From Candidatus Nanosynbacter sp. BB002 (GTDB lineage: Bacteria > Patescibacteriota > Saccharimonadia > Saccharimonadales > Saccharimonadaceae), in the NCBI RefSeq assembly GCF_037013405.1, contig NZ_CP146064.1:540001-572000 (forward strand): 32,000 nucleotides of DNA. The letters run 5' to 3'. The notes beneath the pieces are model-generated. The model did no database searches. It saw only the letters and a program-made list of their open reading frames with translations, and was not told where the DNA came from. The position numbers and the translations under genes were made by a program. Below are positions 19,891 through 27,776 of the stretch, one piece after another (position 1 is the first letter of the stretch; each line of letters begins with the position of its first letter).

Positions 19891-20547
19891 TTACACCTGA
19901 GTTTCAGAGTTTACTTTCTCAAATCGTGGCACAGATTTCCCATCCAGTACTACTGTTTCCGTAAACATGTTGGCAGGGCGAGCAAATAACTCACATTCAT
20001 TTTCATAGAGAGGCCGGTAGATCACCAGGAGCTCTTCCGTCTCAGTTTCTAACGCTAGATCGATCACCTCGTATAGCTTGCCTGACTTGCTATGCTTGTA
20101 CACACCCTTGCTTATTTTCGCGCAACGACTCTGCTCTTTACTATCCGCAGCTTCTTCGCGATACTTCTCTGGCTGAGCGCGGAAGATTCCTACCCATTTA
20201 CTATCATCAGCCAAATCATGATATTTAATGTAATGTCGTTTGTCAAAGCCGCCCTTATCCTGCTTTTTACGCGCCATTTCCTCTTGGACTTGCTCTATAG
20301 AAAAGCCAAAATCTTGGCGCAGCGCGTCAACAACTTCCTGCAAATCAGCCAGCTCTTTGAGAGATTCGCCGCGTTGATTATCGTCCAGCGGGATTTCGTC
20401 CGCTTCCTCATGAATCTTACGGAGCAGTTCGCGGCGAAATTCTTGCTTGTTTAGTTCGCGGTACTCCGTATGTAAAACTTCTTCGTCATCCAGACACTTT
20501 TTCACGACTTTGTCGCGAACTAGTTTTTGTAAATAAAAACGTACCAT
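19891..20547 (-). CDS. MazG-like/PRA-PH-type NTP pyrophosphohydrolase fused to a DUF1653 domain
   Basis: The N-terminal part is KLVRDKV...EEADEI...ELADLQEVVDAL...KKQDKGGFDKRHYI, the all-alpha NTP-PPase (PRA-PH) pattern. The C-terminal part (about 19912..20112) is GVYKHSKSGKLYEVIDLALETETEELLVIYRPLYENECELFARPANMFTETVVLDGKSVPRFEKV, the DUF1653 pattern. AAGGAGA Shine-Dalgarno upstream. Confidence 0.7.
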   Translation of the reverse strand: MVRFYLQKLVRDKVVKKCLDDEEVLHTEYRELNKQEFRRELLRKIHEEADEIPLDDNQRGESLKELADLQEVVDALRQDFGFSIEQVQEEMARKKQDKGGFDKRHYIKYHDLADDSKWVGIFRAQPEKYREEAADSKEQSRCAKISKGVYKHSKSGKLYEVIDLALETETEELLVIYRPLYENECELFARPANMFTETVVLDGKSVPRFEKVNSETQV

Positions 20548-20560
20548 AACATTCTCCTTT

Positions 20561-21166
20561 TTATACCTGATCTATCTCGCGTATCAGCCGCCGAAGAATC
20601 ATCACCATATAAAGCCCATATCCAGCCGTTGCCAGCGCGCCGCCAATACCACTCACAGCATACACCATCTGCCACGAAGTATTCGTTGTCAAGGCGATAT
20701 AGAACGCCGCAAGTGCCGCGACAATCGCCAAAGGCGCTAGGCAATAATCAATCGTGCGATGAAAAATCTTCGCTTGCGGTACGAAATGCATACCAATAAT
20801 CAACGTCAGCGCCGGCATGATATACCGCTGCAAGCTAAACACGGCCAATAATATAATGACAATCCACAGCGGAATATACGTCAACGCGCTGAGTATCTGC
20901 ATTTGCTTGCCAATCTTGTTTACTTCTGGCGTTGGCTTTGGTTGCGGTAATTGTGCCACTGCACGCACAGCACTCACGCCATGAAAAATCAGGCAGCCCG
21001 CATACACAACAAGTAGCGCAAAAACAGCCCAGCCAATCACGCCCCACGCCAGCCCGAACCATACGGCATAGATCAGCATAAAAAAAGCCATCAGAATAGG
21101 AAACAGGGCGCTGCTTTTTGCCGCGATAATTGCTTCGTCTCTTTTTGTTGGTTCTTGGGCTGTCAT
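20561..21166 (-). CDS. hypothetical integral membrane protein (about 6 TM)
   Basis: 201 aa, hydrophobic throughout. AGGAGAA Shine-Dalgarno upstream. Lies 10 nt downstream of ligA. No family recognised. Confidence 0.5.
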   Translation of the reverse strand: MTAQEPTKRDEAIIAAKSSALFPILMAFFMLIYAVWFGLAWGVIGWAVFALLVVYAGCLIFHGVSAVRAVAQLPQPKPTPEVNKIGKQMQILSALTYIPLWIVIILLAVFSLQRYIMPALTLIIGMHFVPQAKIFHRTIDYCLAPLAIVAALAAFYIALTTNTSWQMVYAVSGIGGALATAGYGLYMVMILRRLIREIDQV

Positions 21167-21175
21167 ATATTTCTC

Positions 21176-23212
21176 CTACCTTTCTTCTATGATTACTAAA
21201 AATTCTTGCTCGTCAATAACTTTCGTGTCGTATTGTTCGGCTTTTCTCAATTTACTGGCACCGACTTTACCACCGGCTACCAGATATGTTGTATCTTTTG
21301 CAACAGCGGTTTGGAAAGTGCCGCCGAGATTGCGGATCTTTTCAGCAGCAGTATCACGGCCCATTGACCGCAAAGTGCCGGTGATGACGAAACTCTGACC
21401 AGTCAGACTGCCGGATTTTTTAGTAAACTGTGGCATCACGCCAAAGTTAGCAAATTTTTCGAGCAGCGTCACATTATCTTCATCAGCAAACCACGCCACG
21501 ATCGACTCGGCGACAATTTCGCCCACGCCGTCCACTTCGCGCAGTTCATCAATAGTCGCTTGGCTAAGTTTCTCAACACTTTCAAAGTGGTTTGCCAGGT
21601 CGATCGCCGTCTGTGCACCAACATGACGAATGCCGAGACCGAACAAAAATCGTTCCAACGCTGGCTGCTTTTTAGCAGCAATGGCATCAATGAGTTTTTG
21701 CGCAGAAATCTCAGCAAACCGTTCCAGCTGCAGTAAATCATCTTTCGTCAACCGGTAAATATCCGCCAAATCATTAACTAGCCCGGCCTCGACCAGCGCC
21801 TCGACATTTTTCTCGCCCAGCGTATCGATGTCCAGCGCACCTTTAGACGCAAAGTGCGCCAGGGACCGCTTCAAAATCAGCGGGCCGCTCAAACCTTTAA
21901 CGCGGTAGACTGCCTCGCCCTCTGGCCGCACAAATGCTAGTTCCGGATATTGGCGCGCTAATTCCGCCGGGTAGTCAGTTGGTTTGGTGTCTGCCGGTCG
22001 CAATTCTTTTAGCACAGTTTGCACCTGCGGGATGATGTCGCCGGCCTTGAAAATCACCACCGTGTCGCCGCGACGCACATCCAGCCGGGCAATTTCATCA
22101 GCATTATGCAGACTAGCGTGCTGTACCGTCGTACCGGCCACCACCACGGGGTCGAACACCGCTACTGGCGTAGCCGCACCGGTTCGACCAATGGAAACAA
22201 CGATATCACGGACGATGGTTGTGACTTCTTCGGCGGCAAATTTATAGGCCACTGCCGCTCGCGGTGTCTTGCCAACGATGCCGAGCTCGGCAAACTGTCG
22301 CCGATCATTGAGCTTGATGACCGCTCCGTCAGTGTTAAACTGGAGCGACTGACGCAGCTCATCCAGATGATTAACATAGCTCATCACCTCGTCCAAGCCA
22401 TAGACGATTTGCGTCTGCCGACTGGTGGTGATACCCAGCTCGTTCATCATCTGGTAACCAAAGGCAATTGTCGGCGTGTCCTCGAGGTTGTCGCGAATGA
22501 TATCATAACCAACAAAATGCAGTGGACGCTCAGCCACCAGCTTTGGGTCAAGCTGACGAATCGTCCCTGCGGCTAGATTACGCGGATTGGCAAATTCTGG
22601 CTGACCGGCCGCTCGCCGACGCTGATTTAAGGCCGCAAAGTCCTCTTTGTGCATCACGATTTCACCACGAATCTCCGTCCGACCACGCAAAAAATGAGCA
22701 AAACGCTGATTGGCGCGTAGTGTCAGCGGCACATTTTGAATCGTCCGCACGTTCATGGTCACATCTTCACCAACTAATCCGTCGCCGCGCGTCACGGCCC
22801 GCGTCAAAACCCCGTCTTCATAGATCAGCGCGCAGGCCAGGCCATCCATCTTGATATCACACAAAAATTCTTCAGTGATGTCTTGGCGCACCTTTTTCAT
22901 GCGCTGTATCCACGCTGCAACCTCTTCTCGGTCAAACACGTCTTGGAGCGAAATCATTCGTGTTTGATGCTGGACCTTGGCGAATTTACTGAGCGCCTTT
23001 CCAGCTACCCGCTGGGTTGGGCTATCTGGCGTGATGAGGTCCGGAAATTGTTCTTCCAGCTGCGACAATTCATGTTTCAGACTATCAGCTGCTGCCTCGC
23101 TCATGATCGATTCGTCGAGTACATGATAGTGATAGCGATAATCATTGATCAGATCTCGCAGTTTGACAATTCGTTGCTTGGCCGACTGCCGATCAAGCTG
23201 GCGCGCTGTCAT
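21176..23212 (-). CDS. ligA: NAD-dependent DNA ligase
   Basis: Adenylation motif CDIKMDGLA (KxDG), then OB fold, HhH repeats and a C-terminal BRCT (FVITGTL...). The track start 23326 adds 38 non-conserved residues. I prefer ATG 23212 (MTARQLDRQSAKQRIVKLRDLINDYRYHYHVLD), which overlaps the upstream gene by 20 nt. Confidence 0.95.
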   Translation of the reverse strand: MTARQLDRQSAKQRIVKLRDLINDYRYHYHVLDESIMSEAAADSLKHELSQLEEQFPDLITPDSPTQRVAGKALSKFAKVQHQTRMISLQDVFDREEVAAWIQRMKKVRQDITEEFLCDIKMDGLACALIYEDGVLTRAVTRGDGLVGEDVTMNVRTIQNVPLTLRANQRFAHFLRGRTEIRGEIVMHKEDFAALNQRRRAAGQPEFANPRNLAAGTIRQLDPKLVAERPLHFVGYDIIRDNLEDTPTIAFGYQMMNELGITTSRQTQIVYGLDEVMSYVNHLDELRQSLQFNTDGAVIKLNDRRQFAELGIVGKTPRAAVAYKFAAEEVTTIVRDIVVSIGRTGAATPVAVFDPVVVAGTTVQHASLHNADEIARLDVRRGDTVVIFKAGDIIPQVQTVLKELRPADTKPTDYPAELARQYPELAFVRPEGEAVYRVKGLSGPLILKRSLAHFASKGALDIDTLGEKNVEALVEAGLVNDLADIYRLTKDDLLQLERFAEISAQKLIDAIAAKKQPALERFLFGLGIRHVGAQTAIDLANHFESVEKLSQATIDELREVDGVGEIVAESIVAWFADEDNVTLLEKFANFGVMPQFTKKSGSLTGQSFVITGTLRSMGRDTAAEKIRNLGGTFQTAVAKDTTYLVAGGKVGASKLRKAEQYDTKVIDEQEFLVIIEER

Positions 23213-24305
23213 CGGCGACGACCTTTCGGTAGAATAAGTAGGTATAGGTAGCTGAAAATACGACAGAAAATGACGCAACCAACAACACCATGATTGGCAC
23301 CAATGGGAATGAAGCGGTTTGATCAATCCAACCCGTCACGAAGGCGTCCAATTTGATGGTTGGGATGAGAATAATTACCCACAGCAGCGCCAACATGATA
23401 GCCAGCCACAACATGCGAAGCAAGATGCGGATACGACGACCAACCACGATATCACCAGCCATGCGCACAGCCCGCATTGGGTAGGTGCCCGGCAGCGTAA
23501 CAATGATCATGGCAAAAGCCGTGGAGGTAAGCCAATACAGCGATAGCACTCCTAGCAGCCCCGTGATTGCTGCAGCGATCATCAACAGTGGTGTCTGGCT
23601 TAAGACATCGGCTGTTTGCAGCGTCGTATAGAGAATGACGCCGCCAGCAGCTGGCAATATTTGACACAGGACGATGAACAATAGCACGATGAACGCAACC
23701 AGCGGCGCCCCAGCTCGGTACAGACCATCGCGGATGGTTGGCGAATTACCAGAGCTAACAGCTCTTAACAACCAAATAGTAGTCAGCCATACCATGATAA
23801 GCGCCAACACGCCCAATATTTGCTGCAGGGCGTTGTTTGGCTGATTGGTTAACTGACCGTACACCACACCGCCGAAAATCGAGAACGTCGCAAACAAATC
23901 ACTCACCGCTCCCTGTTCGACTGTACCTTCAGCCAAGGCCTTAATTTTTTTGTAAGTCTCCTGGTCCATCAGTCCCGCGAGCACAAACACTATCAGCGCG
24001 TACACCAGCGCCAAGCCAAAAAATAAACGCTTGTTTGACCAAATCATTTTGACCGCCTGGGTAGTCAACGACCAATAGCCCGGAACGTGCAATGATCTGA
24101 CATAATCCCTGCGCCGCGTCAGGCGAAAACTACGGTGCGGTCGACGTTTCAAAAAGTTAGCTCTCCGAGTTTTTAGCTGCCGCCAGGTCTTTTTGCAATA
24201 TCGCTGACCCCGCACATAATAGCTAGAAACAGATTTTTGGTTTACTCGTGAACGATTGGTCGTCACTTTCTTTTTGGAGACAGATGTACGTTGCTTTTTC
24301 ATCAT
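23193..24305 (-). CDS. hypothetical polytopic membrane protein with a strongly basic N-terminal tail
   Basis: 370 aa. The first ~75 residues are rich in Arg/Lys (KKKVTTNRSRVNQK...RRANFLKRRPHRSFRLTRRRDYVR), followed by 6-7 TM helices. AAGGA lies upstream. The 3' end overlaps the ligA start. Confidence 0.55.
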   Translation of the reverse strand: MMKKQRTSVSKKKVTTNRSRVNQKSVSSYYVRGQRYCKKTWRQLKTRRANFLKRRPHRSFRLTRRRDYVRSLHVPGYWSLTTQAVKMIWSNKRLFFGLALVYALIVFVLAGLMDQETYKKIKALAEGTVEQGAVSDLFATFSIFGGVVYGQLTNQPNNALQQILGVLALIMVWLTTIWLLRAVSSGNSPTIRDGLYRAGAPLVAFIVLLFIVLCQILPAAGGVILYTTLQTADVLSQTPLLMIAAAITGLLGVLSLYWLTSTAFAMIIVTLPGTYPMRAVRMAGDIVVGRRIRILLRMLWLAIMLALLWVIILIPTIKLDAFVTGWIDQTASFPLVPIMVLLVASFSVVFSATYTYLFYRKVVADDSAPA

Positions 24306-24314
24306 CAGAAATCC

Positions 24315-25190
24315 TTACATTTTTGTCGCATTGTTTCGCAGGCGAGCAATACGATCCTCCAACGGTGGATGGGTGCTAAATAATTTTGAGAAAAAGCCAG
24401 GGCGTAATGGATTGTTCATAAATAGATTGGCTGTCGATGTGCTTTGGCGCTCCATGGGCCGGCCATATTCTTGCAATTTGCCTAGTGCACTCGCCAACCC
24501 TTCTGAGTCTCGAGTCAACAACGCACCAGAAGCGTCCGCGAGATACTCGCGTTGCCGACTCACTGCTAGCTGCGTGATGGTCGCCAAAATCGGCGCCAAA
24601 ATCACTACTACCAAACCCAATATGTACACCGCTGGGTGAACATCACGATCATCGTCACCACCAAAGAACATCATGCGCAGGGCTAGATCAGCCAATAGCC
24701 CAATAGCACTCACCAAACCAAAAGCAATCATACTAACGCGAATGTCGTAGTTACGCACATGGCTCATTTCGTGCGCCATCACTGCCTCGAGCTCACGTTT
24801 GTCCATGATCTCCAGCAGTCCAGTCGTCGCACCGACGATGGCATGCTTGGGGTCGCGACCCGTCGCAAAGGCGTTCGGCGCCGGGTCGTCAATGATGTAG
24901 ACTTTCGGCATCGGCATACCAGCAGCAATCGCCAAATTCTCAACTACTCGCCACAGTTCAGGCGCATCTTTTTTCTCAATCTCCTGCGCGCCAGTCATGG
25001 CCATGGCTAATTTTCCAGCCAGATAGTACTGAAGCCAGGCGTACAGCATCGAACAACCAAACACAATCCACGCCAGTGAATAATTTTTGACCACCATGCC
25101 GATGAAGACACCGATAATACCAATGATAGCTACGAACACTGCCATGATGATGACGGTGTTGCGTTTATTTTGAGAAATCGCACTGTACAT
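24315..25190 (-). CDS. htpX: zinc metalloprotease HtpX (M48 family)
   Basis: 291 aa. HEMSH zinc motif, downstream REYLAD, TM helices, and a C-terminal STHPPLEDRI. Confidence 0.9.
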   Translation of the reverse strand: MYSAISQNKRNTVIIMAVFVAIIGIIGVFIGMVVKNYSLAWIVFGCSMLYAWLQYYLAGKLAMAMTGAQEIEKKDAPELWRVVENLAIAAGMPMPKVYIIDDPAPNAFATGRDPKHAIVGATTGLLEIMDKRELEAVMAHEMSHVRNYDIRVSMIAFGLVSAIGLLADLALRMMFFGGDDDRDVHPAVYILGLVVVILAPILATITQLAVSRQREYLADASGALLTRDSEGLASALGKLQEYGRPMERQSTSTANLFMNNPLRPGFFSKLFSTHPPLEDRIARLRNNATKM

Positions 25191-25197
25191 AGTAGCT

Positions 25198-25206
25198 ATT
25201 ATAGCA
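25198..25206 (-). promoter_or_regulatory. extended -10 (TGCTATAAT), 7 nt before ATG 25190 (htpX); leaderless candidate
   Basis: Minus strand reads ggtttttGCTATAATagctactATGTAC. The TG comes from the end of the lemA terminator U-tract. Confidence 0.5.
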
Positions 25207-25235
25207 AAAACCGCTCGCCAACGGTAGGCGAGCGG
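25206..25235 (-). terminator. intrinsic terminator after lemA
   Basis: 9-bp stem CCGCTCGCC/GGCGAGCGG (25211..25219 with 25227..25235), 7-nt loop. On the minus strand it is followed by TTTTT. Confidence 0.7.
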
Positions 25236-25257
25236 CTGCGTGCTTTACGCGAGATAA

Positions 25258-25827
25258 TTAGAACTTGACCTCTACTGGGTTCTCAACAGACGCACGGTCT
25301 TCAACCTCAAAGAACTCCTTGGCCTGGAAGTTGAACATACCTGCAACGATGTTTGCTGGGAAAGTCTGGATCTTGGTGTTCAAGTCACGAACGCCACCGT
25401 TGTAGAAGCGGCGGGAAGCTTGAATCTTGTCTTCAGTGTCGACCAGTTCCTGCTGCAATTGCATGAAGTTTTGGTTAGCCTTCAAGTCTGGGTAAGCCTC
25501 AGCTACTGCAAACAGACTCTTCAAGGCGCCTTCGAGCATGTTTTCTGCCTCGGCAGTATCCTTCACACCTTTGGCATCCATGATGGCTGAACGTGCTTCG
25601 GTCACCTTTTCAAATACTTCTTTTTCGTGTGTCGCGTAACCCTTCACAGAGTTCACAAGATTTGGGATCAAGTCAGTACGACGTTTCAGCTGAACCGTGA
25701 TGTCGCTCCATGCTTCTTCAACGCGGTTGCGTAGAGTCACCAAACCATTATAGGTGGCGACGATGAAGCCGATAGCGAGAACCAGGACAACGCCAACGAC
25801 TATAAGTGCTATGATGATTGAGCTCAT
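25258..25827 (-). CDS. lemA: LemA family protein
   Basis: 189 aa. N-terminal TM helix and LemA pattern [33 protein letters not shown]...[19 protein letters not shown]...[18 protein letters not shown] Shine-Dalgarno at 25836..25841. Confidence 0.9.
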   Translation of the reverse strand: MSSIIIALIVVGVVLVLAIGFIVATYNGLVTLRNRVEEAWSDITVQLKRRTDLIPNLVNSVKGYATHEKEVFEKVTEARSAIMDAKGVKDTAEAENMLEGALKSLFAVAEAYPDLKANQNFMQLQQELVDTEDKIQASRRFYNGGVRDLNTKIQTFPANIVAGMFNFQAKEFFEVEDRASVENPVEVKF

Positions 25828-25863
25828 TGAATATTCTCCTTATCAATTTATGCTAACCCCTTC

Positions 25864-25872
25864 ATTATACCA
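25864..25872 (-). promoter_or_regulatory. extended -10 (TGGTATAAT) for lemA (leadered)
   Basis: Minus strand reads tgTGGTATAATgaaggggttagcataaattgatAAGGAGaatattcaATG. Confidence 0.45.
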
Positions 25873-25989
25873 CAGACATTTTGCTTGTGGTTAGGTTTTT
25901 GGGCAATAAATAACTTCGATCATCAAGAGGTATTGAGCCATATTCTACAGAGCTGAAAATACTGGCCGAAGCGACGTTCTAGCCCAAAA

Positions 25990-25998
25990 TGGTATAAT
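25990..25998 (+). promoter_or_regulatory. extended -10 (TGGTATAAT), 7 nt before ATG 26006 (SDR); leaderless candidate
   Basis: Plus strand reads aaaaTGGTATAATtagttatATGAAG. Confidence 0.5.
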
Positions 25999-26005
25999 TA
26001 GTTAT

Positions 26006-26671
26006 ATGAAGACAGTTTTAATTACCGGCGCAAGCGATGGTCTGGGTTTTGCCACCGCACAACTACTGCTTGAAAAGGGCTACAATGTTTATTCTCTTTC
26101 TCGCTCAAAACCAACAGATAGCAGAATCAAGCACATTACGCTTGATCTGACAGATGAAATATCCATCAAGAGTGCCGCTCAGCAAATCTTAGAGCTTGAT
26201 GATCAAATCATGGCACTCGTTAACTGTGCTGGCATTATGTCTAGATTTGACCGGACGGATGAAAAACTATTTAGCGATATTATAAAGGTATATTCTACAA
26301 ATATCATGGGTGTAATTTATCTCACTAACTTCTTAATAGACAGGGTTGTCAAAGATGAAGCGGACGTCATCAATGTCGCTTCTACAGCCGGCACTAAAGG
26401 TTCTGCAAGCGAGCCAGTGTACACTAGTAGTAAATGGGCAATGCGTGGCTATAGCAAATCACTGCAAATGCTTTTCAAGGGCAAAAAGTCGCGAGCAATT
26501 AGCTTCTGTCCAGGTGGTATGCGCAACAGAATGCTTGAGAAAATTACTGGCGAGCAGCTACCAGACCCTGAAAACTGGATGCCAGTGGAAATAGTCGCAA
26601 AGACATTAGTGGACATCATCGAGACGCCAAAGCCGGCAGAAATTAGCGAAATTGTCATCAATAGAAAATAA
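26006..26671 (+). CDS. short-chain dehydrogenase/reductase (SDR) family oxidoreductase
   Basis: 221 aa. TGASDGLG cofactor motif, NCAG, and catalytic YTSSK (YxxxK). Confidence 0.85.
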   Translation: MKTVLITGASDGLGFATAQLLLEKGYNVYSLSRSKPTDSRIKHITLDLTDEISIKSAAQQILELDDQIMALVNCAGIMSRFDRTDEKLFSDIIKVYSTNIMGVIYLTNFLIDRVVKDEADVINVASTAGTKGSASEPVYTSSKWAMRGYSKSLQMLFKGKKSRAISFCPGGMRNRMLEKITGEQLPDPENWMPVEIVAKTLVDIIETPKPAEISEIVINRK

Positions 26672-26738
26672 CAAAACCATAAGCTTATCACCGTATCACT
26701 AGCAACTTCCATTTACCGTCGACTGTTATCGGCACTAG

Positions 26739-26770
26739 AAAAGTCACCAAAACAGGTGACTTTTCTTTTA
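26739..26770. terminator. bidirectional terminator between the SDR gene (+) and tRNA-Leu(TAA) (-)
   Basis: Stem AAAAGTCACC/GGTGACTTTT (26739..26748 with 26755..26764), loop AAAACA, then CTTTTA. Confidence 0.6.
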
Positions 26771-26779
26771 GCTGCAATT

Positions 26780-26865
26780 TGGTGCGCAAGGCGGGAATCG
26801 AACCCGCACGACTTTTGGTCAAGGGATTTTAAGTCCCTCGCGTCTACCAATTCCGCCACTCGCGC
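26780..26865 (-). tRNA. tRNA-Leu (anticodon TAA), CCA encoded
   Basis: The reverse complement is GCGCGAGTGGCGGAATTGGTAGACGCGAGGGACTTAAAATCCCTTGACCAAAAGTCGTGCGGGTTCGATTCCCGCCTTGCGCACCA. Acceptor stem GCGCGAG/CTTGCGC, anticodon loop CTTAAAA, a long variable arm, and T-arm GCGGG/CCCGC. Confidence 0.9.
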
Positions 26866-26944
26866 CCATATTCTGCACTAATGACCGCCCGATGTCCATG
26901 TCTACTGACGTTTGACACGGTCTGCCATTTGCGCTGGTTTGTAT

Positions 26945-26950
26945 TATACT
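26945..26950 (+). promoter_or_regulatory. -10 (TATACT), 6 nt before ATG 26957 (hydrolase); leaderless candidate
   Basis: Plus strand reads gtatTATACTatatttATGAAG. An overlapping TATTAT offers an alternative register. Confidence 0.35.
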
Positions 26951-26956
26951 ATATTT

Positions 26957-27544
26957 ATGAAGCAAATTGTAATAGTTCACGGCGGGTCAAGTTTCAATAA
27001 CTACGAAAATTACTTGAATAATCTAAAGAATAGTCAGCTTCATTATGAACGGCTACTTTGGGTGCAAAAATGGCGTGACTGGCTGGCACAAGAAATCGTC
27101 GTCGCTGATGTTTTGCTACCAGATTTCCCTAACAAACAGAATGCCGACTACACTGAGTGGAAAATATATTTTGAAAAGCTACTGACCCTGCTTGGCGATG
27201 ACGTTCAGTTAGTGGGCTATAGCTTGGGTGCAATGTTTTTGGCGAAATATTTACACGAATCACCGCTTAGCTCGCCAGTCCGACGGTTGGTGTTAGTGTC
27301 GCCGTGCTATGATGACGAATCAGTTGAAGATTTAGGCAGTTTTCGAGTGACAAGTGCTATTGGTTTGGAAAAATCAGCAGAGGAAATTCATTTATTTCAC
27401 AGCAAAGACGATCCAGTAGTGCCCTTTACTGAACTTGCCAAATTTCAGCGTGATTTACCGACCGCCAAGGTGCATATTTTTGAAGACCGCAACCACTTTT
27501 TCCAACCGACTTTTCCAGAATTGAAAGAACTGCTCAAAAAATAA
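26957..27544 (+). CDS. alpha/beta hydrolase (YdeN/RBBP9-like serine hydrolase)
   Basis: The track start is TTG 26912. I prefer ATG 26957 (MKQIVIVHGG...). Nucleophile elbow VGYSLGA, Asp in HSKDDPVVP, and His in EDRNHFF. Confidence 0.7.
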   Translation: MKQIVIVHGGSSFNNYENYLNNLKNSQLHYERLLWVQKWRDWLAQEIVVADVLLPDFPNKQNADYTEWKIYFEKLLTLLGDDVQLVGYSLGAMFLAKYLHESPLSSPVRRLVLVSPCYDDESVEDLGSFRVTSAIGLEKSAEEIHLFHSKDDPVVPFTELAKFQRDLPTAKVHIFEDRNHFFQPTFPELKELLKK

Positions 27545-27577
27545 AAACGCCCGATATCCAGACGTTTCATATCCACT

Positions 27578-27651
27578 TGGAGGCACGTACGAGAGTCGAA
27601 CTCGTCTAAAAGGTTTTGCAGACCTCTGCGTAACCGCTCCGCCAACGCGCC
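27578..27651 (-). tRNA. tRNA-Cys (anticodon GCA), CCA encoded
   Basis: The reverse complement is GGCGCGTTGGCGGAGCGGTTACGCAGAGGTCTGCAAAACCTTTTAGACGAGTTCGACTCTCGTACGTGCCTCCA. Anticodon loop CTGCAAA and discriminator U73, typical of tRNA-Cys. Confidence 0.9.
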
Positions 27652-27664
27652 GCTCTATTACATT

Positions 27665-27751
27665 TGGTGCGAGCGAGAAGACTTGAACTTCCACGAACCT
27701 AAGTTCACTAGCCCCTCAAGCTAGCGCGTCTACCAATTCCGCCACGCCCGC
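27665..27751 (-). tRNA. tRNA-Leu (anticodon GAG), CCA encoded
   Basis: The reverse complement is GCGGGCGTGGCGGAATTGGTAGACGCGCTAGCTTGAGGGGCTAGTGAACTTAGGTTCGTGGAAGTTCAAGTCTTCTCGCTCGCACCA. Anticodon stem CTAGC/GCTAG with loop TTGAGGG, and a long variable arm. Confidence 0.9.
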
Positions 27752-27763
27752 ACGACTGTCATC

Positions 27764-27769
27764 ATTATA
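27764..27769 (-). promoter_or_regulatory. candidate -10 (TATAAT) for the tRNA-Leu(GAG)-tRNA-Cys pair
   Basis: Minus strand reads caggTATAATgatgacagtcgt|GCGGGCG, so the tRNA 5' end is 12 nt after the -10. A weak TTACAA lies at 17-nt spacing inside the SBP gene's 3' end. Confidence 0.35.
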
Positions 27770-27776
27770 CCTGACA

